The translations under genes and the position numbers were made by a program. A model generated the notes under the pieces. That model was not told the DNA's origin, ran no database searches, and saw only the letters and a list, made by a program, of their open reading frames with translations. This document shows positions 1-8,988 of a DNA stretch of 64,000 nucleotides, piece by piece (position 1 is the first letter of the stretch; every line of letters begins with the position of its first letter). The stretch is taken from the NCBI GenBank assembly GCA_035528435.1, contig DATKYN010000062.1:22396-86395 (forward strand). Reading direction: 5' to 3'. The DNA comes from Burkholderiales bacterium. GTDB lineage: Bacteria; Pseudomonadota; Gammaproteobacteria; Burkholderiales; Eutrophovitaceae.

Positions 1-279
1 AACCGTATTTTTCCAAACTCCCGCATCAAGGGCGAAGCGAACCTGCTGATCATGCCCAATATTGATGCCGCGAACATTGCGTTTAATTTGCTGAAAGTGA
101 CGGCCGGCGAAGGGATTACGATCGGGCCGATTCTGCTCGGCGCAGACAAGCCGGTGCACATTCTGACCCCGACCGCGACGGTGCGGCGTCTGGTCAACAT
201 GGCGGCCTTGTGCTCTGTTGACGCGGCATCACAGCGTCCGGTATCTGCGGCCAACACAATCGGACAGGTTGATCTCTGA
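1..279 (+). CDS. maeB: NADP-dependent malic enzyme, C-terminal fragment (phosphate-acetyltransferase-like domain); 5' end lies outside the window
   Basis: Frame 1 is open from the window edge to TGA at 277-279. LLIMPNIDAANIAFNLLK...GPILLG..KPVHILTP resembles the PTA-like C-terminal domain of MaeB. Confidence 0.7.
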   Translation, partial: NRIFPNSRIKGEANLLIMPNIDAANIAFNLLKVTAGEGITIGPILLGADKPVHILTPTATVRRLVNMAALCSVDAASQRPVSAANTIGQVDL

Positions 280-992
280 TGGCGTCGATGGACAAGCGCA
301 TTGCCGTGGTCACTGGCGGTAACAAGGGAATCGGGTTTGAAATCTGCCGGCAACTGGCGCACCGGGGATTGCGCGTCGTGTTGACCAGTCGCGACGCTGT
401 CCGTGGAGGTGAAGCGCATGACCAACTCCGTGGGGAAGGACTGGATGTCGTGTTCCACGTGCTCGACGTCGATAGCGATGACAGCGTAACCGCGCTCGCC
501 GCCAGCCTTGAAAAAGAGCAGGGCCGGGTAGATGTATTGGTCAACAATGCCGGGATCATGATCGATACGCCGCGCAAGGGTATCCTGGACGAGTCCTTGG
601 CTGTTTTTCGCAAGACGCTGGAAACGAATTTCTTCGGGGCGTTGCGAATGTGTCAGGCTATTGTGCCCATCATGCAGCACGGTCATTACGGCAGAATCGT
701 CAATCTTTCGAGCGGACTCGGTCAACTCGACGAGATGGGCGACGGGACGGCTGCCTATCGCGCCTCGAAGACTGCGTTGAACGCACTTACCCGCATGGTC
801 GCGACCGCCGTCAAAGGTGACGACATACTGGTCAATTCCATGTGCCCGGGTTGGGTGCGTACCGACATGGGCGGTCCCAATGCCGCTCGCGCGGTGGACG
901 CCGGTGCCGAAACCGCGATCTGGCTGGCGATGCTGCCACACGGCGGTCCGACCGGCGGTTTCTTTCGCGACAAGTCACCCATTCCCTGGTAG
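279..992 (+). CDS. SDR family oxidoreductase (carbonyl-reductase-like)
   Basis: 237 aa. TGGNKGIG Rossmann motif and YRASK catalytic Y-x3-K. The ATG overlaps the maeB stop (TGATG). Confidence 0.85.
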   Translation: MASMDKRIAVVTGGNKGIGFEICRQLAHRGLRVVLTSRDAVRGGEAHDQLRGEGLDVVFHVLDVDSDDSVTALAASLEKEQGRVDVLVNNAGIMIDTPRKGILDESLAVFRKTLETNFFGALRMCQAIVPIMQHGHYGRIVNLSSGLGQLDEMGDGTAAYRASKTALNALTRMVATAVKGDDILVNSMCPGWVRTDMGGPNAARAVDAGAETAIWLAMLPHGGPTGGFFRDKSPIPW

Positions 993-1109
993 GCGATGGT
1001 TCGCCGTCAATCGGTTTGAGCGGATACCCTGGCGCACTGCTCGATTTCGCTTATCCGAGCCAATCGGCTTTGCCGCGGCAAGGAAAAAGGCTTGCTTCAA
1101 TTGTGCATG

Positions 1110-1544
1110 TCAGTTCGAAGGTGCCTTTTCCAGTGATTCCAGCGGGACGGTTTCCCAATCGAACTCGCCCGAGGCTTCCTTGAGTCCGGCCATCCTGCGC
1201 GCGCTGTTGATGAGCTTCATCGCCTCCTCCTCATGCTGTACCCAGCAATGACGCCTTGCCTGTAACACCTTGTCGGCAATCAACTGGCTTTGGGCGGAGG
1301 TCAGTTTCACGCCGGCAAGATCGTCCGCCAGAATACGCATTTCGCTCTGGCAGGCAGCGTGACTGGTTGAAAAGCAGATAATGGACGCGACGGTCAGCAG
1401 ATAACGCCCGACTGTTGCACAAGCGTAGCTGTGCCGCGTTACCCTTTCCCCGCGGACCAGTATTGAGCTACCGCGAGTGCGAACCAAATGCGTCAGTCTC
1501 ATCGATGCGCTCCTGATATCGATGGCCTGGCCGGAGACAATCAT
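1110..1544 (-). CDS. hypothetical protein (start ambiguous: 1544, 1502 or 1340)
   Basis: Only long ORF filling the 1.0-1.65 kb gap. The C-terminal half is helical and protein-like. No family recognised. Confidence 0.4.
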   Translation of the reverse strand: MIVSGQAIDIRSASMRLTHLVRTRGSSILVRGERVTRHSYACATVGRYLLTVASIICFSTSHAACQSEMRILADDLAGVKLTSAQSQLIADKVLQARRHCWVQHEEEAMKLINSARRMAGLKEASGEFDWETVPLESLEKAPSN

Positions 1545-1650
1545 CTGGATGCCAGGCCGACATTACCAAAGCCAGCGTGCCGATCCGGCGCGAGCCGGTA
1601 TGCTCGAACCATAGTATTAGAATACACCTATGTGAAGGAACCACGTTTTC

Positions 1651-2271
1651 GTGTCTTTGATTCCAACAGGTTCAACTTTCAATCGTGAATGGCTGGCTGC
1701 CCAACTGGCGCGCCGCCCGGTCACGGTAATTGACGATGCGTTGCCGCAGTTTGTACACCCGCCTGAGCGCACGCCGATTCCTGCCGCAGTGCTTGTGCCC
1801 GTCATCAATCGCGCGCATGGACCTACGTTGATGTTTACGCAGCGGACATCTCACCTGAATGATCATGCCGGGCAGATCAGCTTCCCCGGGGGGCGCGTGG
1901 AAGAGGTGGACAGCGACCGGGAAGCGACCGCTTTGCGGGAAGCAGAGGAAGAAACAGGTCTTGAACGCAGCAGGATAGACGTTCTCGGACGTCTCCCCGA
2001 GTACGACATCATGACCGGGTTTCGCGTCACGCCTGTTGTTGGCTGGGTAGAGCCGCCGTTCGAGCTGCGCCCCGACCCGTTTGAGGTCGAAAAGGTGTTT
2101 GAAGTCCCGCTCGAATTCTTTCTGGATCCGGTTAACCACCAGGCGCATTCCCGCGAAGTGGACGGCCTTGTGCGCCACTACTATGCAATGCCGTACCAGG
2201 AGCATTACATCTGGGGTGCAACCGCCGGCATGGTGCGTATTTTGTATCAGATTCTTGCCGAAGCTGGTTGA
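1651..2271 (+). CDS. nudL: CoA pyrophosphatase (Nudix hydrolase)
   Basis: Nudix box GGRVEEVDSDREATALREAEEETGL (G-x5-E-x7-REUxEExGU). Size and flanking motifs are typical of the NudL/CoA pyrophosphatase group. GTG start. Confidence 0.8.
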   Translation: MSLIPTGSTFNREWLAAQLARRPVTVIDDALPQFVHPPERTPIPAAVLVPVINRAHGPTLMFTQRTSHLNDHAGQISFPGGRVEEVDSDREATALREAEEETGLERSRIDVLGRLPEYDIMTGFRVTPVVGWVEPPFELRPDPFEVEKVFEVPLEFFLDPVNHQAHSREVDGLVRHYYAMPYQEHYIWGATAGMVRILYQILAEAG

Positions 2272-2762
2272 TGGCGAAGCTAAAGGCACCCGTTACTGCC
2301 GCCGTACGTGTGCTGAGAGCGCACAAGATCGCGTTTACGGATCACCTGTATGAGTACGAGGAGCACGGCGGTACGATGGTTTCGGCACGCGAGCTTGGCG
2401 TGCCAGAACATGCTGTTATCAAAACATTGATCATGGAGGACGAGGCCGGGAAGCCGTTAATCGTTCTGATGCATGGCGACCTGAAAGTCTCTACGAGGGA
2501 ACTCGCCCGAACGATAGGGGTAAAAACCGTATCTCCATGCAATCCGGAAACGGCAAACCGGCATTCCGGTTATGTTGTTGGCGGCACTTCGCCGTTCGGA
2601 ACACGCAAGAATATGCCTGTGTATATGGAAAAAACCATACTTGATCTGGATCGGATTTACATTAATGGGGGCAGGCGCGGCTATCTGGTGGGGATGGCGC
2701 CGCGTGAAGCCGTCCGTATCGCTGAACCCGTGCTGGTGCAGGTCGCACAATCCGATGCCTAG
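2271..2762 (+). CDS. ybaK: Cys-tRNA(Pro)/Cys-tRNA(Cys) deacylase, YbaK/EbsC family
   Basis: About 163 aa. YbaK-type pattern (VIKTL...LIVLMHGD..V..REL...SP..PE.A...GY..GG.SPFG). The ATG overlaps the nudL stop (TGATG). Confidence 0.8.
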   Translation: MAKLKAPVTAAVRVLRAHKIAFTDHLYEYEEHGGTMVSARELGVPEHAVIKTLIMEDEAGKPLIVLMHGDLKVSTRELARTIGVKTVSPCNPETANRHSGYVVGGTSPFGTRKNMPVYMEKTILDLDRIYINGGRRGYLVGMAPREAVRIAEPVLVQVAQSDA

Positions 2763-2789
2763 GCGATTCAGGCGCGTTCAGGTAGCACC

Positions 2790-3125
2790 GTGATTCTGGA
2801 GATTTCCGCTCTTGTGTTATTCCTGCTGGGCGGCTGGCTTTGGGCGGACAGTATGCGCGCAAGAGAGGCGGCGCTGGATGCCGGGCGGCGAGCCTGCGAC
2901 GCTGAAGGTGTCCAGTTCCTCGATTGGACAGTGGCGATGGAAAAAATGCGTATCCGCCGAGCATTGGACGGGCGCCTGAGAATCCAGCGCGTCTACCAGT
3001 TTGAATTCAGCGAAACAGGCAATAATCGTCTCGTCGGATCGATCACCATGCTCGGTACGCAACTGATCACGCTACATCTCGCGGCGGGCGATCGTGCCGC
3101 TCCGGTGATCGCCCACCTTCATTAG
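2790..3125 (+). CDS. DUF3301 domain-containing membrane protein
   Basis: 111 aa. N-terminal TM helix, then the MRAREAAL...C...GVQFLDWTV...R.YQFEFSETG pattern typical of DUF3301. GTG start. Confidence 0.6.
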   Translation: MILEISALVLFLLGGWLWADSMRAREAALDAGRRACDAEGVQFLDWTVAMEKMRIRRALDGRLRIQRVYQFEFSETGNNRLVGSITMLGTQLITLHLAAGDRAAPVIAHLH

Positions 3126-3244
3126 AAGCCAGGCCTCGTCCCGGTCGCAGTGATGGCCGATGGCACAGGATATCCCGATACTGGTGTCCCGATGCCCAAA
3201 GGTCGCGATTGGAGTGCCGCTTTACGGATCTTTCGTGGTGGCAG

Positions 3245-3895
3245 TCAGGTTGACCGGGGTGCGGCTTCAAAAAAATCGACCTCGCCCGTTTCCAGGGAAT
3301 ACTCGGCACCGACAACGCTCAGGCGTTGTTGTTGAATGAGTTGCTCAAGAACCTGCGATCCATGCCTGAGATGACTTGCCGATGCGCGGATGTTGGCCCT
3401 GACCGCTTGCTTCAACAAGGCATCGGGTGAGTTTATGAGTTCAGTCTCGAGTAGTGGCGCAACGGCAGGCCGAACCCGATCCACGATTGAACGCAGGTTG
3501 GGAGACTGGTCATCGGTTGGTCGCCCGAGTTCCTCCAGTGTTGCCTGAATTGCACCGCACAACGAATGGCCCAGCACGACCACAAGCTGTGTGCCGAAGC
3601 GAGCGGCGGCGAATTCGACGCTGCCGACCTGCGAAGGCGCAACGATGTTTCCCGCCACGCGGATCACAAACAGATCACCCACGCCTTGATCGAAAACGAT
3701 CTCGGCAGGAACACGTGAATCCGAGCAGCCCAGTATGATGGCGAACGGCGCCTGGTTGGCGACCAGCTCGTTGCGCCGGACCGGGCTGGTCAGCGTTTGT
3801 TCATTGCGCAGGCTCAATACGAAACGGCCATTCCCCTGTCGCAGCCGCTCAAGTGCCTCGTGTGCCGCAATCATCCGCGCTGCGCCTGCCGGCAA
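3245..3895 (-). CDS. beta-class carbonic anhydrase
   Basis: CSDSRV (C-x-D-x-R) and HSLCGA (H-x-x-C) zinc-ligand motifs. About 210 aa. An alternative start is at 3874. Confidence 0.85.
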   Translation of the reverse strand: MPAGAARMIAAHEALERLRQGNGRFVLSLRNEQTLTSPVRRNELVANQAPFAIILGCSDSRVPAEIVFDQGVGDLFVIRVAGNIVAPSQVGSVEFAAARFGTQLVVVLGHSLCGAIQATLEELGRPTDDQSPNLRSIVDRVRPAVAPLLETELINSPDALLKQAVRANIRASASHLRHGSQVLEQLIQQQRLSVVGAEYSLETGEVDFFEAAPRST

Positions 3896-3912
3896 GCATC
3901 GTTGCTTCGCAT

Positions 3913-5907
3913 TCAGGCTTCGCCTGGCTGCAGCAGCGTTCGGTGCGGAACGGAAATCTCGATACCTTCTTCGTCGAATCGCTTCTTGATTCTGCGCAGC
4001 AGTTCACGCTTGGTGGCGAAGATTTTGTCTGGCTGCGTTTGCACAAATGTCTTGATAATCATGCCGTACTCCGAAAATTTGTCGACCCCGAGCATTACCG
4101 GATCGCCGGTGACCCAACTGCTGAATTCCGGGTCGGCGCGAAATTCTTCCTCGACCGCTTGAATAACTGCCATCACCCGGTCCGGATCTTCCTTGAAGCC
4201 TACCGGAATTTCGAGCAGGGCTCTTCCCCAGACGTAGGTGCGATTGGTCACTGACTTGATTTCGCCGTTTGGAATGAAATGCACCCGGCCCTCGAGGTCG
4301 CGAAGTACCGTTGTACGCATATTCAGCTTCTCGACCGTCCCGGTGATCGCTCCGATCGTAATCAGGTCTCCGAGCTCATACTGGTCCTCCAGCACGATCA
4401 TAAAACCGGTGAAGTAGTCGCGCATCAGATTCTGGGCGCCAAAGGCAAATGCGACGCCGAGTATGGCGGCGCCTCCCAGTACCGTCTTGATATCAACCCC
4501 CGCTTCCTGGAACGCCAGCAGCACAGCCGAAACCATGATGAGCAGACTCAGGGCGCTCTGGAAACTCAGGGCGAGGGTGTCGGCGCGGTTGGAGCCTCTC
4601 CGCGCGCCTCCAACCTTGCCGACCAGTGTTCTGGCAATTCGCTGCGACGAGATGCGAACCAGTGCCAGCAGGGCCCACCCCAAGACAATGACCATCAGTA
4701 TCCGAGGCCCGCGCACGACGAACCAGTGTCCGACGTTGCGAGGATGCAGTGGGCTTTCCAGCCAAACGGAGCGGTCGCGGGCTTTGGCGGCTTCCTGTCT
4801 TTTTTCCTCGGTCTCTTGTGTGACGGCCAGCTGCTCGTCATTCAGATTTTCGCGACGCTTGTAGAGAGAATCGAGATAGGCGCGTCGCTGGTCAATTTCT
4901 TCCCTGTTGCGCCTTTGCAATTTCTGAATGTTGTCAATGCTGCTCTCGGATTCACGCAACTCAGCCTTGCTGGCCTCATTGTCGATGAGTCTTTGCAGAT
5001 TCGCGCGCGCACCGTCAGCCGCCAGATCAAGGTTTTTTCTTGACTGCTTTGCTGTGTCGAGCAGCGACTGCTCGATCTCGATCTGCGCGTCGAGTGCGCG
5101 TTTTCGTTCGACGAAACTGACCAGTTCCTGCTCCGCGACTCGCGCTTCCGCCTCGAGTTTCTCCGCTTCCCGGCGCGCTTCGATTTGTTCTGCGGTTTCA
5201 GGTTGCGCCGCCGAAGGTTGTGAATCAGGGGTTGTTTGCCCAGTGGCGATAGCGGCGCCAGGCACCATCATCTGGACGGCCGAGGGGCCGGTTGGCGCGG
5301 CCGGGGACGCGGCAGGTGGCGATTGTGGTGGGGCCGCGGGCTGGGCCAACGTCGGGTTGAGCAGTGTCTCCAGCGCCTGTTGATCATTTTCAATTTTCTG
5401 CTCCAGGGCCTGGATCTGGGATTGCATGTTCTTTCCGCTATTGAACTTCAGCTCCAGCTCGGTCTTGGCGACCACAATCACCTGCTCCAGCCTCTGAATC
5501 TCTTCTTTCAGGGCTGCTGCCTCCTTCGATACCTCATTGCCGTCCAGCGCCTCGTCACCCCCCAGCGCCTGCAACTGCGCCACCGTGTCCGTGAGTTCCG
5601 TCTCGGCTTTATCGATGTACACATTGAGCTTGTCGAAAAACTGTTCCAGCTCGGCAAAATTCTGCCTGGTCTCGACCAGTTTTTCCTGATCGAGCTTGAT
5701 GACTTCACGCAGCCGGTTAACGCGCTCCGTTTCGGTCATCGGCGATTTGTCTTTCTGTCGCAGAGAAGTATCCGGTTGTTCCGATTTCTGCACTTCGACA
5801 TTTTCGTTATCTTGTGCCGTGAGTTTCCCCGGGGTTGCACCCGTGACCACGGCCAGCAGAAGGAGGGCGCAGAGCTTGAATGAGAGCGTGATGTCGTTGG
5901 ATGTCAT
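3913..5907 (-). CDS. mechanosensitive ion channel family protein (MscS family) with long N-terminal coiled-coil region
   Basis: 664 aa. Signal peptide, about 380 aa of E/Q/K/L-rich heptad-like sequence with a P/A-rich stretch, TM helices, then an MscS beta-domain (GDLITIG...GTVEKLNMRTTVLRDLEGRVHFIPNG). Confidence 0.85.
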   Translation of the reverse strand: MTSNDITLSFKLCALLLLAVVTGATPGKLTAQDNENVEVQKSEQPDTSLRQKDKSPMTETERVNRLREVIKLDQEKLVETRQNFAELEQFFDKLNVYIDKAETELTDTVAQLQALGGDEALDGNEVSKEAAALKEEIQRLEQVIVVAKTELELKFNSGKNMQSQIQALEQKIENDQQALETLLNPTLAQPAAPPQSPPAASPAAPTGPSAVQMMVPGAAIATGQTTPDSQPSAAQPETAEQIEARREAEKLEAEARVAEQELVSFVERKRALDAQIEIEQSLLDTAKQSRKNLDLAADGARANLQRLIDNEASKAELRESESSIDNIQKLQRRNREEIDQRRAYLDSLYKRRENLNDEQLAVTQETEEKRQEAAKARDRSVWLESPLHPRNVGHWFVVRGPRILMVIVLGWALLALVRISSQRIARTLVGKVGGARRGSNRADTLALSFQSALSLLIMVSAVLLAFQEAGVDIKTVLGGAAILGVAFAFGAQNLMRDYFTGFMIVLEDQYELGDLITIGAITGTVEKLNMRTTVLRDLEGRVHFIPNGEIKSVTNRTYVWGRALLEIPVGFKEDPDRVMAVIQAVEEEFRADPEFSSWVTGDPVMLGVDKFSEYGMIIKTFVQTQPDKIFATKRELLRRIKKRFDEEGIEISVPHRTLLQPGEA

Positions 5908-6406
5908 TGGCGCAGCAGCGGTTCAGATGATTCCAGTCCGGATCTTTCAGTCGCCCATTGTCGTATTCGGCACAGGCGATCTCTTATGCCCCACGGCTGG
6001 AGAAAGAATGCAGGTGGCGATGGCAGAAACATGCCCCGCAAGCACGAATTGTAAGCGATTCCCGGTACCTGCAAATTCGGCTTTTCGCTGCGTATGAAGC
6101 TCATAATTCCGCTCTTGCTGCTGGCGCAGGCACTTATGGCTGATGTTCCGGAGTAATTTACCAGGGAGGATGCGGTAGCTCATCAGCTATCACCGAGTCA
6201 GCAAGAACTTCGACGGAGCGATCGAGAGGTGTCGGGCGCGAGCGCGATTCTTGCATAGCTGTGAGTGTGTGAGGGGTCGTCTGCGCTGCCACTCGTAAGG
6301 ATCCTGACTTGGGTATTGGAAAATCCAGGCGGGTCTTCCGATCAAATGCCATCGGCGTTGGTAGTAATGTTGTGGCACCATGAGGCGCATTGCTATCGGA
6401 GATAAC

Positions 6407-6676
6407 ATGACTGCGGATATAAATGAAGAAGAGGTCTCGATGCTGCGTACCGAGATTGAGATGTTGATGGGAGAGCGCGATGGCTTGCTGCGAACGGTGG
6501 GCGCTGCGGCGGTGTTCGTTGCGCATCTTGACAGTTCGGTGCTGCCTGAGGAAACCTACACATCAGCCGATGTCCTCGCGCATGCGTTGAATTCGTTGTC
6601 GGAAGAAACGCTGCGCGATGCGCTTGAAACCGTGCGGCCCGAAGTCGACCCGACGTCGGGTGAGTCAGGCAGCTGA
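6407..6676 (+). CDS. hypothetical protein
   Basis: ATG at 6407 is preceded by GGAG 6 nt upstream; an upstream in-frame ATG lies at 6380. Acidic helical sequence with no recognised family. Confidence 0.4.
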   Translation: MTADINEEEVSMLRTEIEMLMGERDGLLRTVGAAAVFVAHLDSSVLPEETYTSADVLAHALNSLSEETLRDALETVRPEVDPTSGESGS

Positions 6677-6712
6677 CCTCGCGGTGAGGTTCGACCGAGT
6701 ATTCCTTTCCCG

Positions 6713-7882
6713 GTGACAGACAACAGGCGCGCACAGTCCGATACGGCCCTGGTGCTGACGGGCGGCGGCGCACGCGCCGCCTATCAGGTTGGTGTGCTGC
6801 GAGCACTGGCCCACATTCTCCCGCACGGAATACCCAACCCTTTCCCGATCGTCTGCGGCACATCGGCCGGCGCGATCAATGCCGCAGCTATCGCTGCTGG
6901 CGCCAACGATTTTCATCGCGCGGCACGCCGGTTGCAGCTGGTTTGGCGAAACTTCCGTGCAAACCAGGTGTACCGGTCAGACCCTCTCGGTATTGCGGCG
7001 ACGGGTGTCCGTTGGTTGCTCGAACCGGTCTTGAGGCGCCTGGGTCGAAAAGCCCCCGTCGCGCTGCTGGATAACACGCCGCTGAGCGAGTTACTAAGGA
7101 AGCGACTGGATCTGCACGAACTGGGTGACATGATTGGTTCGGGGGCGCTACGTGCTTTCGCGATTTCGGCATCCTGTTACAGCACAGGCGAATCAATCAG
7201 TTTTTATCAGGGAAACGATCTGCTTTCCGGCTGGCGGCGTGCCAGACGTGTCGGAGTGCGGGCAGAGATCGGCGTCGAGCATCTGCTCGCATCCAGTGCG
7301 CTGCCTTTTATCTTTCCGCCAGTGCGAATTCGCCGCAAGTATTTTGGCGATGGCTCGATGCGCCAGATGGCGCCTGTCAGTCCGGCTTTGCATCTGGGCG
7401 CGCGGCGGGTATTCGTCATCAGCGTAGGCCGGCAACTGACCGAAGAGCGCGAACGTGTCAATACCGATGCCTATCCGTCACTCGCGCAGATTGCTGGTCA
7501 CGCACTCAACAGTATTTTCCTGGATGGCCTTGAAACCGATGTCGAAAGATTGCAACGAATAAATCGTACATTGCGGTTGGTGCCGTCCGAGAGTCGCGAC
7601 CCGGATCTGTTTCAGCTTCGTGAAGTCGAAGTTCTTGTCATGCGCCCCTCGGAAGATCTTGGTGCGCTGGCAACGCAACACGCAGGGAAGCTGCCGATTG
7701 CCGTGCGGTTGCTGTTATCACTGATTGGCGGGATGCGCCGGGGAGGCGGAAATCTTGTCAGCTATCTGCTGTTTGAAAAAAGCTACTGTCGCGCACTGAT
7801 CGATCTTGGTTACCGTGACACCATGGCGCGGCGTGACGAGGTTGTCCAGTTTCTCGGAGCCGGCTCGCGGGCTGCCCGCTAA
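6713..7882 (+). CDS. patatin-like phospholipase family protein
   Basis: GGGARAAYQ oxyanion motif, GTSAGA (G-x-S-x-G) nucleophile elbow, and the DGS catalytic Asp motif (FGDGSMR). GTG start. Confidence 0.85.
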   Translation: MTDNRRAQSDTALVLTGGGARAAYQVGVLRALAHILPHGIPNPFPIVCGTSAGAINAAAIAAGANDFHRAARRLQLVWRNFRANQVYRSDPLGIAATGVRWLLEPVLRRLGRKAPVALLDNTPLSELLRKRLDLHELGDMIGSGALRAFAISASCYSTGESISFYQGNDLLSGWRRARRVGVRAEIGVEHLLASSALPFIFPPVRIRRKYFGDGSMRQMAPVSPALHLGARRVFVISVGRQLTEERERVNTDAYPSLAQIAGHALNSIFLDGLETDVERLQRINRTLRLVPSESRDPDLFQLREVEVLVMRPSEDLGALATQHAGKLPIAVRLLLSLIGGMRRGGGNLVSYLLFEKSYCRALIDLGYRDTMARRDEVVQFLGAGSRAAR

Positions 7883-8487
7883 TGGGTACCGACAAGCCGT
7901 TTTCCCCTGCCTGCGCTCGCAATAGCGAGCCGATCGCGAGCGTGCTCGTGCCTTTGTTGCAGGATATCGAATCCGTGCTGGAAATTGGCAGCGGCACCGG
8001 ACAGCATGCAGTCTGCTTTGGCGCCCGGTCGCCTCACCTTGTATGGCAGACATCCGATTTGCCGGAGAACCATCAGGGCATCCGGCAGTGGGTCGATGAA
8101 GCTGCGTTGCCCAACGTGTTGCCTCCTCTGCATCTGGATGTTGACCAGTCTGCATGGCCGGTCGAGCGCGTAAGCGCGGTGTTCACCGCGAACACTCTGC
8201 ATATTGCGGCGTGGTCGAGCGTGCAAAACATGTTCAGGGGTGTTTCACGGGTGCTGGATTCAAATGGACTGTTTTGCGTTTACGGACCGTTCAGGTATGG
8301 CGACGTGCATACGTCTGAATCCAATGCCCGATTTGATGCTTCGTTGCGCGCGCATAATTCGCACAGCGGCATTCGAGCATTCGAAGACGTGCACGAATTG
8401 GCGCATCGCAACGGTCTTGCGCTCCAGAGCGATTACATCATGCCGGCGAACAATCGGTTGTTGATATTCAGAAAAGCAGACCCGTAG
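7882..8487 (+). CDS. DUF938 domain-containing protein (class I SAM-dependent methyltransferase fold)
   Basis: N-terminal KPFSPACARN and the SAM motif I-like LEIGSGTGQH are typical of DUF938. The ATG overlaps the patatin stop (TAATG). Confidence 0.75.
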   Translation: MGTDKPFSPACARNSEPIASVLVPLLQDIESVLEIGSGTGQHAVCFGARSPHLVWQTSDLPENHQGIRQWVDEAALPNVLPPLHLDVDQSAWPVERVSAVFTANTLHIAAWSSVQNMFRGVSRVLDSNGLFCVYGPFRYGDVHTSESNARFDASLRAHNSHSGIRAFEDVHELAHRNGLALQSDYIMPANNRLLIFRKADP

Positions 8488-8736
8488 AAAGGGCCTCGCT
8501 GTTTCTCAGGGGCATTACTTTTCTTCTATCGCTGGCGCTGGTCAAACGTGGCACCCGGGATCGCGCAGTGAAAGTCAGGGGCTTGTTGCTGGATTCGAAC
8601 ATGATCGGGCTCGTTTTGGTTCAGGTGCCGGAATTCTTGCTGATAGTCGAGAGGTGAAAAGACATTCACTATCCTGCGCAGTATGATTCTGGCATTAACA
8701 CCATCGCTATCAACAGGATCATGCCCGGATGGGTGA

Positions 8737-8988
8737 GTGAACCGTTTTGCGAAGGGTGTCTGGCACGGTTGCGACAATGCCGAACATCGATTAAATGGTG
8801 AACTTGCGAAACAGGTCAGGCTTGATCTGCCGCATCTCGGACACGGCATCAAATCGCAGGAATTCCTGCGATTCATCGCCAGTCGTATCGAACAGCTATT
8901 GGCGGAGCATAATTGCGGTGCGGTGCAGGCCATTGCCGTGTGGGCACACAATGTTGATCGTGTTGCATCGATAACGGGGGGGGCATGA
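8737..8988 (+). CDS. hypothetical small protein (weak call)
   Basis: 83-codon ORF whose TGA overlaps the ATG of the next gene (ATGA at 8985-8988), suggesting coupling. No family recognised, and a competing antisense ORF exists. Confidence 0.3.
   Translation: MNRFAKGVWHGCDNAEHRLNGELAKQVRLDLPHLGHGIKSQEFLRFIASRIEQLLAEHNCGAVQAIAVWAHNVDRVASITGGA

Noticed and set aside
4279-5883. Long plus-strand ORFs (4279-5043, 4928-5383, 5236-5883) antisense to the MscS-family gene
   Set aside because: These are shadow frames of a GC-rich, low-complexity coiled-coil coding region. The sequences are Arg/Gly/Leu-rich nonsense with no motifs, whereas the minus-strand gene has clear MscS signatures.
6713-7882. Patatin-like phospholipase as a CBASS (CapV-like) effector
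   Set aside because: No cyclic-oligonucleotide synthase (CD-NTase), Cap2/Cap3 or other CBASS partner is adjacent. The neighbours are a hypothetical acidic protein and a DUF938 methyltransferase-fold protein with a 1-nt overlap. The protein looks like the common housekeeping RssA-type patatin family.
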